Part shown: one piece after another, positions 1-15,000 of the stretch
How positions within the stretch are numbered: the first letter of the stretch is position 1
Layout: every line of letters starts with the position of its first letter
Source: Antedon mediterranea
Taxonomy: Eukaryota > Animalia > Echinodermata
DNA: 64,000 nucleotides
Assembly: GCF_964355755.1 (NCBI RefSeq)
Contig: NC_092671.1
Coordinates: 1,302,001 to 1,366,000 of the forward strand
Direction: 5' to 3'
The notes under the pieces: generated by a model
Told to the model about the DNA's origin: nothing
Seen by the model: the letters and a program-made list of their open reading frames with translations, nothing else
Database searches by the model: none
Program-made: the position numbers and the translations under genes

Positions 1-904
1 ATTAAAATAATATTGATGAGACTGTGCGATGTAAAAACAAAATAATCCTTGTTGCTTCTACGGTATAATTAGTATTCTTTAAAGTGATATTTTTAAATGA
101 AGTATGACAGTTTAAAATGACAAAAATAGTTGATATTGTAGACAGAGCAGATATCATATGAATATATATATACACATTTTCATTAGCAATGTATTTGTAT
201 GATTAAGATTTGTTTACAGTCTGAATTAGCATAATACTCATTTATTTAAAAAAAAATCAAATATTATTTCACCAAGAATTCACCAAGAATTAAATATATT
301 TTAAGATTAAATTCTAAATCAATGTTTTACGTAAGTTATGTTATTTCCACAATAATATAATAATAACATGAAATCTATGCTGTATAAAAACACATTTTCA
401 TTAAAAAAATATTCAATTCATCTTGGTTTGTTGTACAAATGTTGTTACTCATGAATTACCAGGTAAGCAATGTTTACTTTAGCATCATAAATAATCAACG
501 AAATTACAATTCTATTTTAACTGCTGTAATACTGCAAAGTTCACTTAAAGTTCATCCCAGCATGCTACGAACGAAGAAACGCAAGCATTGACAACATACA
601 TCAGTTCTATGTCAGGATACTACATACAGATGGTCATACGCCACATGATGTATAAAAGGTTGGGTGCATAATAAAAATGCAAATGTACAATTATTAACCT
701 TTATTTTCAGCTTGCTTCAGGATATATGCATATGTTAGTGTCTGCTGTAAGAAAACTAATTAAATGTTGGGTTTTGGATATTTTTAAAGCATTAAAAAGG
801 AAGTAAATTTTACTTTTTTATGATTAAATTAAAGACTTAAGTACGCTTACTATCAGCAAATAAACATAGAACTATAACATTATCAACTTTTTGATTATTT
901 TATT

Positions 905-1101
905 GTGAGGTAATTTCCCGATTGATCGTAACCAAAACGGTACTGGGTTACCGACGTTATCTCGGGACCGTTCTATGGTTACCACCAGGTAGGCTTACTT
1001 CATTAAGGCTTCTATGAATGGATGTACTTGCTGGGAGCAGGAACGCTAGTAGACTATACCCAGTACCGTTTTGATTACTATCAATCAGGAAATTACCTCA
1101 C
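905..1101. mobile_element. Short inverted-repeat element (MITE-like)
   Basis: 44-bp inverted repeats at 905-948 and 1058-1101 with 3 mismatches around a 109-bp spacer. No clear TSD. Confidence 0.65.
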
Positions 1102-3286
1102 GACGAGGATCCTTACAATATAAGAATATTTAATTTCATCAGATGTTCATTTGGTAGTATATATCACTTACACACCAACTTTCATGATAATTATATTTAC
1201 TTGTTTACATGAATGTTAAATTAAGTAGAGAACATTAGTTATTTATGGAAGTAAATCAGGCTTTGTTAATAGATGGAACATGTAAAAAATGTTTACTTAG
1301 TTTATTCATGGAGATAAAATTCTATCTTCATTTTTATTGATATAAAAACTGAAATAATGCAATATGGAAATGATAACAACAAACTAACTCCATATGGATA
1401 CCATCTGCTTTCAAGTAATTGATAATTATTTGATTAATATGTTTAATTAATAACTATTAAAATCGGGAACTTTAACAGTAAACAAGTTTACCTATTACTG
1501 AAAAATGAAAAAGGAAGGTTTATAATAATAATGCAACATTTATATAGTCGGCGCTATTTTGTGAAGATCAGAGTGCCTTGTTACAAATTATCTAGACTCT
1601 GGACAAGAAATAGGCTAACCAAATAAAACAACTAAGAGGATTCAAACACCACCACACTGTTCCTCTGGATAGTATTCACAAATGCTTACTACCTACAACC
1701 TACTATCTATCGGAAATAAATCATTTCTACAGTGCAAATGGCTATGATGTATTCTCTGAAAACTGGAAACTCTCCCTAAACAAGACTTTTCTCAAGGCCT
1801 AAAAGGTTCCGAATTCTTTCTTACAAAAAAAAGCCGGAATACAAGACTTTCTGGAAAACCAGACATAATAGATTGTCGTAGAACGAGCTATATTATGTTC
1901 AGCTAACTGATAGATATATTTTTGTACATACATCATTGGATGCAGTTTGTAGTGGAATGGCCTACATCCATATGGATTATTTTGCATAAATATATATTTT
2001 AGGGCTGGGATTATATTTACATTAGAGTGCTATCCATGGATTATTGAACATACTTTGTGAAGATGGTTGTACATTGGATTGATTAAACCTGGCCTTATTG
2101 ACCATCGTATAATGATATCAAGTGAAATCCAAATACCATCACATCACAGGATGTCAAAATTAGATGTAATTGAGAAGGGGCCACCACTTGGGTCTCACAA
2201 TAACAAACCCCTATTGCTGTAATTAAAACCAAAGTAGATCGTAAGCATATATACTAAAAGGAGGTGTAATGGACTTAAGATCTCAAAATGGTAACAACAA
2301 ACCAATAATGTCTAAATAAGATCAACTATAAGTATTAAGTAGTGTTTTCAAATAAGATGCTATATTTGGACAATTTTGCATGATTTAAGATTTTACGACC
2401 TATAATTCTTCATTGGTATTCAAAATATCTTCTAAAAGGATTTCTTTAAACTGATTTATGGAGTTTCCACGTAGCACATCTATCATATATAAAAACAAGA
2501 AACTTTAATAAAACATTCATTTAATTTTAATAATAATAAACGTCACTATTAATTCATATCTAGAATGTATAACTAATTGAATGAGTGATACTGAATTATT
2601 TACTGAAAATGTTTTTGAAAATATTCTTTTCACGTTTTGATTTTTGAAATTTTCATTTTTGTATCATGGTTCAACTGCAGGCAGCTTTCACACGACATTG
2701 GTGCTTTTCTTTCTATTTAAATTCATATCTGGATTAATATCAGTTCTAATATATTATTAGTAAATAAATATATCAAATAGTTTCATTTTAATATTCTATA
2801 TAGAGGTAAAAATAAATTAAGGTATCTCCTTTCAATCAGGTAGTATATCAAGGCCTGATTTAAGCTATAAATCCAGCATGATTAACACACAATATACAGT
2901 ATTTAGACATATAGACACCAGCCTAGCAATTAAATTTTATCCAAACAGAACTGAAAGGGTCAAGCAATAGCAAATATTGAAACTGAACAAATTAAACGAG
3001 TTGCTAAAACATGAGGAGAGCTTCACGGTCAGTTTGCCCACGTTGTTTAATATTTGTTAGAAGGGCGCTCATTAAGTATGATCGTTCATCTCTTGCTCAT
3101 TAATAATTTCAACAAAGAGTAAACCATTTTAGTTATTATACTACTAGAATAGACAACTGAAGAAGATAACTTTATAAAAATAATGATGGAAAGATGTATA
3201 CTGCAAAAAAACTAAAGGGGCTTTTACAGTAGCTTACTAGGATGAGAACGATGATCGAAGATAAATAGATAAATGTGCATTTTTCC

Positions 3287-3640
3287 TACAAGGATACAAG
3301 GAAACTTTATTCATCCCAACTTGGGAAATTGTGTTGCTGTCTTATAACAATGCCGTAAAGAAAAGAGAAATGATAGGCATAAAACATAAGTGTGATATTA
3401 ATAACAAAAATAGTGTATTCGTAATAAATTCCCCTATCTTTGAAATCTTTCATTATAGTCTCGTATGCCCCTTGGGAGGAAGGAGAGACGATGGCGTTCA
3501 GTGGATCCCCATGGCGGCCTCAGTCTACCACTCCGTTCCATAAGGCAGTCGGCAATGTCCGAGTTAAGGGGATGACTAACATCATTCCATATCACTCTAA
3601 ACAAATTGCGCAACCGTTCATGATAGACCGAGTCCACCAC
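3287..3640 (-). mobile_element. 3' fragment of a second Rex1/Babar-like LINE
   Basis: The minus strand encodes SHPLNSD..SGRLRPP..TERHRLSFLPRGIRDYN*, homologous to the C-terminus of the 20.4-22.3 kb element. The 3' UTR ends in TCCCAAGTTGGGA hairpin, AATAAA and a CCTTGTA repeat. Confidence 0.8.
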
Positions 3641-5207
3641 TAAATAAAACAAAAGAAACCTGAAGAATTTGCATTTATTTTTCATGACAATAAAGTGAAA
3701 GAAGGAATGAATAAAACTATTTGTTGATGTTTGTAAGCCAATTTCTCTCTGTATACTCACAATTAAGTACAATTACTAGAAAGGATGCTAATGTATCAAA
3801 TAATTTAATTTGGTAAACAATTTATCTGTTAAACATTTATATTATAATTACTTTTTATTGAATGTTTTAAAAACTCCTTTATTATAAATTTATAAAGGAA
3901 TAAAAACCAAATAGCTTTGAACTTGTCACCAGAACAAGTTAGGTGATCCGTGCGAATGCAACTTATGTGCCCGGTTAAAATATATGCGCAGACAATCAGG
4001 TGGGTGTGTATGCTATCGTATGACTTGAAGTTTATGTGTAATGCTAAATTGGAAATCGCAATTATTTGTCCAAGAATCTTAGTTAATAATATATCAATAT
4101 ATATCTGAAAACCAATACTATGTAATGTTATGTGATTCCTATTTTAAAATAATCGTCATTTAAATCGTGCAATTTGAGATTTAAGATGGAAATTGGAAAT
4201 ACTTCTACTCATCTGAACTAAGCTGTGTAGACATAAAACATTAAAGTATACATTTGCAGATACAGACATAATATATTTCTCCTGTCCATTTCACGATATT
4301 GAAAACATACACTTGTGTAAAACAGCTATTAGGAAAATTACAAAAATCCTAAGAAATGGTGAAGTGACTTGAAATAAAGCGCAACTTAGCCATGGGGCTC
4401 GTATTCTAAATTACTGGCATTTGTATCTGGGTTAACCAACTTTAATCAGGCTAATCATATACTTATTAACCAAATTATTAAGTGCATCAATAATTTATTA
4501 GGCCTACTTGAATGAATCAACTGATGGTTCACATTTTCTCATTAACTAATTTCTTGATCTTCATCCAAACATTTTGTTCCTTTGTCTTTTTTTAATAGTA
4601 TGCACAAATCATATATCTAATGCATTATTAATATCAATATATAATGAATATCATTACTTATATTGTTGACTGTACGATGTGAATTTAATTAGGATTGGAT
4701 TCTCTAAATTCTAGGAATCGACGTTATTTGAATTTATTAAACATTTTAAAATATTATCAAGTTAATATTATTATAAAGTGGTATAAATCAAGACTCAAAC
4801 ATGAGTGGTCTAATGGTAGAGCATATCAAACAGAGGACTCCTGGTTCAAATCTGTATTGAAACATTTTTGAAATATTTTTCTCATTACAAATGATCAGAG
4901 TTTATGGCTTTTAAGTTATTATAGCAATGTATTTTGAAGTACATTAAATTTAATTCTACTACATATAATCAACTAATTAATAACATTATGTTGCAGTGAA
5001 CTAGCACATTAATTATAGATACGCTAATCACATTGTTTACATTTACCGTTGTGTTCTAAGAGGCTTAATGAGGTTCGTTGCAACAAAAGCATTTTTTACA
5101 GGTAAGTTACTAACCAAATCAGATCCAGTTATAAAAGTATTATTATCATTAGCATGCCTGTTTCACACAGACCTAAAAACTGTGACTGAAATGAGTTCCT
5201 TACTTAC

Positions 5208-5336
5208 CTCCTCACTTATTGGGTATGGACAAGACCTATATTTCCTTCGGTCAACCTTCTCTGACCGTAGGTATGTGGCAGAAGGCGGGTCCATCCGTCC
5301 GACCACTGAATACGGCCGCTGTCTCGTCGCCATCAT
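5208..5336 (-). CDS. Candidate alternative first (or cassette) exon of navigator (MMATRQRPYSVVGRMDPPSATYLRSEKVDRRKYRSCPYPISEE)
   Basis: GC-rich island in an AT-rich intron, open frame, consensus donor GAG|gtaagt in phase 0, the same phase as the intron opened at 8903. Confidence 0.55.
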
Positions 5337-8300
5337 CTGTACTAGTAGTTTCACCAATATATTCAGTGACTGTATTGTCAAAATTTATTCTCTACAGCTT
5401 TGTTTTCACAGTGCTATCAAAACACTAAACCCAGTGATACAATTATGCATAGGAGATGATGATTATAAACTGAACAATATTATAGTTACACCATATTGAT
5501 GTCAATAGTAATATTCAATGCATTCAAAGTTCAGTTAACGATAACGAGATGTTTTTATGAACTAGAATCATATACATGCTGAAAAGGTACCTTGTTCACA
5601 GTTTTGTAATCACAGTTGCACTTTGCCCTTTCAATTATTGTTGATGATTGCATAACATTCCAATATCGACAAGAAAATTCAAATATATCCAGGGACTAGA
5701 AATCGATGGAAAATCTACGCACATATTCAGCTACCACTTGAATAATTGAAAATTTCTTGCAATACACACAGCTATAAGCTAAAATCTTGACCACATATCC
5801 AAGTAGTTGTTATGTAGATGACGACAAAGTGTACTGATTACACTAGAGCTGATTATACACATGATCAATTGGCGTACATCTTTCATTGGCTAACTCCATT
5901 CACTCATGGGGTAATTAACTCGCACAGTTTGGGGTCTATAGCAGTGTCAAGATGAAGGTAAAGTATTCATTGTGTACAATTGAATACAAGTAAACTACCT
6001 ATTATAATAAAAGAATAGCTGCTAACACTTTCTGTTAGGCCACTCAAAGCAGGCAGTAGATGTGCATTTTTGTTATAATTAGGTTGATTATGCTAGATTT
6101 TCTCCTGCACAACACAGCTGCTTACATGCAGGCAAATTTAAAGCTGATTGAAAATCAGATTGCGATATTGAGGGCCTTGAGAACGGAAATTGTAGATTCA
6201 TAAACATTCTTTGTTTCTATGCAACAAAAGGTTTGTATTTCACCCTCCAGCAACATCATTTACTTGAAAACTAAAAATTACTATGTACAGAAAACATTAA
6301 TTTACATTTTAAAGGGCTTATGAATAATTATTGTTTAACTTTCTGTATAGTAAATGAGCTATTATTACAAATTTAAAATTTTCCAAGGTTGATCAATATT
6401 ATGTTATGCTAATATTATTTTTTAGACATAATAAATTGAAAACAAGAAATGTATTATTATCTCAATTCCTATTACCGTAAGCAACTTTGTTGATAAATTC
6501 TTTATATGAACAAAAAACTAATGTTCTAAACACACAAACAAACAACCAAAAACCCAATTAGTACCAAATTCAACAAACTTGTATATTAATTTTGACAAAT
6601 TCCCAATGAATTTGATAATATTTACATATAAATAACTGAGAAGCAATCAAGAAAACGGGAGTTCCAAGGACTTGTAGCAAAAGAAAATATTTTTCCCTCT
6701 GTTACCTAATAAAAGCAAACTCTCATTGTTAAACTGGAATAACTTTGAGGTATCAGTAACGAAAATTGCAATATATCCCGTAAAGAGGTCTTTCATGTTT
6801 AACCAAGCTTGACCAATTTAACAATTCAAGCATCTATTTCTTCGCACATGCTTATATATGTTTGTTAAGTTCTTAGTGCAAACTGTTGAATATTTGTCAC
6901 CTGTTTTGTGTTACAGTTTATAATAATTTGGTATAAAATGGACAATTGACTATACTCCGCAATCAATATGATCAGACGTGTTCTGCTTCAAAAAAGCAGC
7001 ACCTAATATACACATTGTTCAATTGCAATTTTTTTCTATTTAACCTGTTTAAAAAACTACTTCACCATGAACCAATCAATATAACCAGATGCCTTTCCAC
7101 AATCAAAAGAAATTCTGAATCTAATATTGAATAAGATATTAAATGTTCTTATTGGCTAAAAGAGAGGTGCTCATATGTAAGACCAAAGCTACCAAGTTCT
7201 ATTGCTAAAAATGCATTTCTGGGTAATATTTAAATTGGGGACAAAAACTGGTTGAGAATAGCAAAATAGAGGAGTAATTGGAGAGCTTTGGAGTTAGGTG
7301 GGTGGGATATGTCCTAAAGTGGACTTCTGAATCCTGAAGAAAACTATTTAAATTGAGGGCAGTAGACAATCCAGTTTATGGCATTAATCCGCACTCAATC
7401 ATAACTAAAATATGTAATAAATCCTTTCAACCTGAATGTCATGTCTGTCTCAAAATAATGATCTTTGATCTTTATAAAGATATACATCAATCAAATAATT
7501 AGGATTTTCAAACAATGAAAATCACACAAAAACAAACTTTGACCAGGATAAGGATTATAAAATCCCGTAAATATATTTGATAAATACTTAGTGATTACTT
7601 ACTGTTTACTACCTTGATTCTTATCTCCCTAAATTACTAATCACGTTGCTAAAATTACAAAAAAATATTTAGTAGGTACAGTACATTCACCTTTGAGCAG
7701 ACAATTAGAAAGGAAAATATTTAAAGAGATTTTGGACCACATCAAAGCAACGAAAGAATCCAAAGCAAATCTAGCACTTACATCAGTTGCTAGTTTGATA
7801 TGATTTGAACCAGACTAATTCTATACATGTGTCAACACAGGACAGCATAGCATTTTTTAAAAATTGAATATAGTATTAGTACAATAAACTTGAATCATAA
7901 TTCATATGAACATTAAATAATTTAAGATGTAAAACTGTATAATGATAGAAATTAATAAGCTAAAAAAAAGTTAATAATTTATGTTATCAATATTAGAGCT
8001 AAAATATCATAGAAAGATCACATGAAAATCATTGATGATGAGATAGTGGGCCTACTGTACCAGACATTTATATCTGATAATAATAAAATATTAGTCACCC
8101 TATTATACCAATATTTGGTTTATAAAACATTCATGTTGCATCGTAGGGCAATAACTGATTAGTTAGCTAATCTATGTTATCTTTTTCATGTTGTTTGATC
8201 ATTAATAATCAAGGTATGTAGTATCTAGAAAATGCTTTGCGGCAGACAGCCTCCCAAGATAAGTATTATCATTTCAAGAGGCTATTACCAATCAATACCA

Positions 8301-8369
8301 GCCACTCACAATATGTGTATAAATTTGTTAACCTTTCATTTTCCTATACAAGATATAGGTACAATGTTA

Positions 8370-8551
8370 TAGTCAACTCTCCCAATACTGGACACTTTTG
8401 GGCTTGCCAAATATATCTTTTTTTCAGAAAGTCTGATATTCGGAATGTGTTTTTAATAAAAAGGAATTTGGGACCTTTTGGTCCCCAAGAAAAGTCTGGT
8501 ATTGGAGAGTTTTCTGGTTTTTAGAGAGTCTGGTATTGGGAGAGTTGACTG
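8370..8551. mobile_element. Tc1/mariner-pogo-type MITE
   Basis: TIR (C/T)AGTCAACTCTCCCAATAC ... GTATTGGGAGAGTTGACTG with TA on both flanks. Confidence 0.8.
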
Positions 8552-8902
8552 TATTAAATATGGGTAACACAAAATCTGAGTGCCAAACACAGCACAATTG
8601 AAGCTGTAGAAATCAAACTATTTTGGCTGGGATATTTAGGATTTGTTTTCTCACTCAAACCTGAACAACTGTAAAGTTGCAGCAGACATTTCAACCTCAA
8701 AGTAAAGTTGAACACTTCTTCTTATACAGAAAATACATTCAACAATATTACTAGATAGAGGGCTCACTTATTTAAAAAAGTTGCATTACAGAGGGCAGCA
8801 GACATCAATGTATATTTGTCAGAAATACAAACTCAACCAGCTACAGTATTCTATTCTGTATTGTTTCTTTTGTAAAATAAGTAGAATTAAATATTGACTT
8901 AC

Positions 8903-9001
8903 ATTGGTATGAACTTGAGACGTTAGATTACCAACTTTGTCTTGAGAACGTTCTAGCTCATGTTTCAGTCGGCGCATTTCAAACAAAGATCGTTCTTCAG
9001 G
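8903..9001 (-). CDS. NAV2: Navigator exon, start of first coiled coil
   Basis: 99 bp, acceptor ttttgcag, donor |gtaagt, phase 0-0. PEERSLFEMRRLKHELERSQDKVGNLTSQVHTN. Confidence 0.92.
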
Positions 9002-12000
9002 CTGCAAAAGAAAAATAATTGATTGCTAAATAAATTATTTTAAGTTAATGTTTTTACTGTTTTGTTACACAATCCAAGAAATCAATTGCAATTCATTTTA
9101 GTTTTCAATTATTGAACAACGTGACAAATATCAATAATTGTTTCCGTTCCATAGATTTTAATAAGAACCAAATAAAGAACAAAGTGGTCAATATTGTAAC
9201 ACCTTATATATTGAAAATATCATGTACTACTGTATGTGGTACATTACTAAATGCATATGCTTATCACTCGTAAGATATGGGCTTTACTAATTATACTTTA
9301 GGGTAGGGTTGTTTTACAGGGATCCTATTATGCTTTTACACTGGCTTATATACTGGGGTGGGCATAGTCCTTCAAATTTAGGTAACCAACACATATTATA
9401 AATTTGCCTTTATAATGCAAAGATCTACAATATAAATTTCTATTAATTTTCATTGAAAATAACCAAATGTGTCTTACGGTATAAATTGAAGATGATGATG
9501 AAAGTGACATGGCCGATCCTGACGGGTTTGACGAGTCTTTGAATGATCCAACGCTCATCGTTTGTCGTTGGCGATCTTCGAGTGACATGACGCCATTCCG
9601 GAGTCTTAAACCCAGACCACTCGACGTACTAATGCTGCTAGAACGACCTATTGATGATCCTCTGAAAAAATAAAGATTGCAAAATAAAGTTTATATTCCA
9701 AATTATACTTTTATTCAATACAGTAGAAATTTCAGGACCCAACAAAGTGTCCCCTTAATAGGGGTCTCATCAAGAAGTGTCCAATTAATAGGGGTGTCCC
9801 AAAGGCATAGAATAATTTACTGCAATACATAATATAATACCACTTTGTTTTATTTCAATTAGTTGATGACCATCCTATACATCATTATCAAAGATTTTGT
9901 ACCAATCTTTAATACTATACCTCTTTATTATAATGTATATATAATATTTACCTAATAAAAGCCTCCGTATAAATAATAAAAATGCTATAAAATTGTTGTA
10001 ATTACTTACATGCCTAATTGTCCGTATGGATAGTGTGATGACGGCATAGCAGGCTGTGACACCGTAGAACCAGTAGGAGATGCTGGTGGATCAGTCACAT
10101 TAACCAAACTGTTAGATCGGTTCCAGACAGATTCATCAAGTTCTTTCAGAGTCAATGGCCTGGAGAGCATCTTCTCAGAGAGGGTAGATCTTATACTGTT
10201 ACTACGGGTTAGCGGAGACATACCAGATGATGTCAAGCCATACCGTTCACTGGTGGCTTTACTCATCAATGAGAGGTTTGAACTGTTAGATTCTAGCGAC
10301 TCAATACTACCGGACTCGTGAGTTTGTTGGAATGCTGGTGCGGGGCTTAGTACACCGTTTCGTAACATGAGGTTCATCTGTCCTCCTTGGGCCTGCAGCT
10401 TTTTGGCAGCTTGTCCACGTATCGGTAGCGTACTGCTAGAGTACGGAGAAGATGTATACGCAGTTCCCGGTAGATGCTGACCACGATGCATTCCTGCTCG
10501 CATGTGCATCTCATTAATAGGGTCAATGTACTTATCAGACATGTTCAACGATGCAAAGGGATTGGATATGATGGTGTCCTCTTCACGTTGGTTGTTCATT
10601 CCTGCACCACGTCCGCCTTCTGAACCACCTTTTCCGCCTCGACCAAATAAGGTCAGAATTGATGGAGCACGCTTAGAATTCTTAAGCATAGCTTCAGAAT
10701 CAGATGCAACTGTTTGGCTACTTGAATACTTTGCATCTTCAAATTCTTTCTGATCTTTAGTAACATACTGAGCTGAATGGCTTCTTGGAACGTTTTTATC
10801 CGGGCTTTTGATGGTCGTTTGAATTTTCTGGTTCCCGACGGCGCTTATGGAAAGAGTGACTGGTCCTGCAGGGCTTGCTACCAGTCTAGCTCTGGTATCA
10901 GATTTTGTTGAAGCATTGTTGGAAGTATTAACAGGTGATAGTACAGGTATATGTCCATTTGACTTCTCTGTCTTTGTGTTCCCTGTCGGTGCATTTGGTT
11001 TGGTGAAACTCTTTGATTGTGAATTTGGGCTGGTAATCTTTGCTTTCATGGCACTAGTACTCTTGGCATCAGCTTCTCTAATTGCACTCTGGTCTTGTTT
11101 TGAAATATTAGCAAGACGACTTCCAATACTATTACTTGTCGTTAACGAACCATTTTTCCTGCCATAACCAAAACTTTGACCTTTGCCATGCTGTCTCATT
11201 GCTATTTGAGATCGTTTCTCACTTGAGCTCTTTCCATCTTCAAACTTATCGGTGAGTGATTTAATACGTTGAGGTTTCGTTCCATTCGCATCACTTAACT
11301 TTCCTCCGCCGCTTCGCCGAACACCAGAGTTCTTTGTTGAACTTCTCATTATTCTACCACTTTCATCCAACGTGAAGTCTTCGGAATCACCAGATTCAGA
11401 CGGTGACCTAGCTCGGTGAAGACGACCTTCCGGTTTGCGCCATACGTTTCCACTATCAGATCGATTCTTAGTGATGGTGCTATCTTCGTCTTTCTCGTTG
11501 TTGTTGACTTCTTTGCGACGAGCTGCTAAAGCAGATTTCAAGCCAGATTCTTTACCGTCACTTCTTGATCTTCGATGAGTTGGAGAAGAAAAAAAGTTCT
11601 CGTCTGTACTGATGTCGGCGATTGTATCACTTATTCCACTGCTGATGGAACTGCTGTCCTCAATACTGCAAGAATAAATGAAATAAATTGGTTAAAATAC
11701 CATTGTATTAATTTGAATTATCAAAAATAATGTTAGGCAGTATTGTCACTGACTGTAATTAGCTGGAAGGTAACAGATATGATAACAGAACTGTTGAAAT
11801 CATAACCATACAAGTCTCTTGAAGAGATTGTTGATCTGTAAATAATTTATTGTTTTTAAATAAACAAATTAGGTTAAAGAATAACAATATTGCTGATCAC
11901 TTTAATAACAATCAGAATGTCAATTATGTAGGAATTTATCTCAAATGCCGGTATAAGTAGGTTCGCAATTTTTAAAAATATACCTGCCAAAATACCACAT

Positions 12001-15000
12001 CATAAAGTGCAGTGTACAGGTTAACCAAAGCAAGCCTATATCTGTAAATACCACACTAATGTATGTAGGTAATGTATTTACATCAAAGAAAACCAGGTGC
12101 TCCAGTTTCAGTAAAACAACAAATAAAAACGCAAACAAAAAAATCAACGAATAAACAGACAAAATGCAAACATTATTATACTGGAAACAAAACACTACAT
12201 ACAGTGAATTGTAAGAATGCGTCTTAGTTACAGTGAGTGGAACAATTTTGATTGTCATTAGGATAAGTAAATGAAAAAAACAAACATGTAAATATAACCT
12301 AAAGGTCATGCTTTCTTTTGTCAAAATTGACTGACAGGGCATGAGTGGCAGTATAAAGAAAATCTGGATTTATGCAATCTTACTAATGGTTGACCTGATG
12401 TTGAACCTAAGAACAGATTAGGAGGAAAATTACTTAAAGATGTGGACATCATAAAAGAAATTATTAATATATTTCACTTAGAAAATAATTTTGTCTAGAT
12501 AGTTTTAAGAATCATTAAACATTACCATATGTACTATAACTGTTTTTAACTTTAACAATAGTTATTTTAAAAAATCTTTAAATTGATCTTTCATTAACTT
12601 TGTGAACATTTAAGAATTAATTTTAGAATACCCTAGTAAATCTTCTTTTTTCTTGAACTTTGACAATTTGAATCATTTTCTCTAGAGTAAATCTGACATT
12701 AGATAATTTATGACATGTGGTTTCTAAAATGAAAACTTGAATTAATATACTATCAACAACCCAAAACCAGACAAATCTCTTTTGTGTAGGTGTTAGTTGT
12801 GGTGAAATAAAGATTATCAAAACTGAATTTGAAACATTAAAGAAATGAAAATATTTACTCATTAAACACATCAGCTACAAATACACTGGTTGGTATAATT
12901 ATGCAGTTTTAATATTCTATCAATCATATTTGTAAGAAAAACGAAATTGCACCAACTAATGTATTTGACCTTATATTACTGACATACTGACTGGGAATAA
13001 AAATAATTTGATGTGCTGATATCAGATCTTCTATTCCCATTTATCATTACATTACTATAATTGCTTCATGATGAGAATAAGAACATTAAAATGCTCTTGT
13101 GATTTCTTTGTATTTCCAGTTTAATGTCAACTTCATTCTAGTCTCATTAACATCGTCATGGTCTGATGGCTAGTTATGCCAATCAACAAAGTTTATGATT
13201 ATAAATTTTTTTAAATAATTAAAGGTCAACTATCACTTGCTAGTAACAGAATAACCAATTTTAAACAAAAGTATAAAGACTAACATTTTAAACAAAATAG
13301 AATAAAACATGAAATAAAAAAATAATTACACAGTTTTAATTTCTGATGTTTCTGTTTGTTTATCTTTCGATCAATAAAATTGTGTTAGCAGTATGTCCTG
13401 CCACTTTAGTACTATATATTATAGTATCAATGACTTTTATGAAAAATTTACTAGCTTTTTTCAAGCTAACTGATTTACTAGGTTTCCTACCAGTAATCTG
13501 CTACTGTCAATGTTGTAATGTTGTTGTAGTAAAACAACATGAATTACAAGTGTTAATGTAGCCTACTTACTATATATACATCAATTAAACTTCTTACATC
13601 CCCATGGTTACATCATACACTACAAATAAAGCATCTTGTAATTCTTTCAACACCAAGCAATTAAAATACTCTGATGACAGAAGTATAAAATGATGCTGTG
13701 GCTTTCCTAGGAAACTGACCTCTTTGACCTTAAAGTCCCACCACAGACCAATCAAATGGGCAGACTATAGGTCACCGGGTCAGGTTCTAACATTAATGAG
13801 TATAAGTATGGTACTGATAAACAACAACAGACAATGTAATGTATCTAGATGAGCAATACACAAGTTGGAAACATAAGATGATGATATATTGTGTTACTGC
13901 TCTCCTGCTGCAGACTCAGCATTAACCAGGGAATATATACTCTACTTTGTATTTGTATACCAATACAAGTAACAAATTGATTGATTGAATTTATTTGATG
14001 CTCAAAATTAAAATAACAAACAGACAAAAGACAAAATAACGAGCATCAGGAACACCCATTAGGCCGGAAAAACCAGCCCATTTCCAATGGGGTCCAAATT
14101 GCACATAACAAACAAGAGAAAATACAACATTAATAAAACTATAAAGATATAAATATACATTAAAATAAAGCCCAGTAAAACAGTGTCGTTGTTCACTTCT
14201 AGGAAACTTGTTTGTAATCACATGTATACACAAAGAAAATGATGAAGAAATTATCAATAAGTATACACTGAATATAGGAAGAATACTTGTACAGACAGTT
14301 AAAGGTACTACTACATACTGTACTATGACTGCATGGTGATCGTCAAAAAATTCATTTAACTTAAATTTTAAAAATACATTAGTAGTAGTACTGCACTACG
14401 GTTTAAATTTTTCTATAAAATAATTTTATACATTCCTAATCTCTGACCTACAAAAATCAATAACACATTACAAATACCAATTAAAATATTTACCTCATAC
14501 CACTTTTCCAATAGTTGATTAAAATGAAATACAGTATAACGTTCCCATAAAATAAATTCAATGCTTCTTGTGATCATCGACGATACACTCAATTAAAATA
14601 AGTTATTTAATACTTGGTTTTTACATAACAGCTTTCTACTGTTGCCTTTGCAACACTTTATACTAGTAATGAAGCCAAAGGAAATTATTACGACATATAA
14701 TCAAGAATAAAAGATTAGCCACGAGCCTATTGGCAGTGTTCTTTGTGTGGTATTATAAGCAAAGTAGTGCTATACATCAATGTCCCTTTAATTATATGTG
14801 TAGACTAACATATGGATTAAAGGGGCAATGCAATATCGTAAATATCATAGCCATTATACTACGGTACTAAATTGCTAAAAGTCATGGTGAATTAAAAGTA
14901 AAAAATGCAATTCGTAAATATTGGGTCGGATTTTTCATATTCTCACAGATTTTCATTATCTTAACCATTTCAAAATTAATTTACAGTACTGTATATACAA

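Noticed and set aside
1-8902. Search for the next navigator exon (AHxVxAFEQSL-like) and AAA+ domain exons
   Set aside because: Not found by eye. The gene presumably continues past the window start.
10502-11167. Plus-strand ORFs opposite navigator exons (also 35994-37976 and 5068..5499)
   Set aside because: Antisense shadows of real or candidate coding exons.
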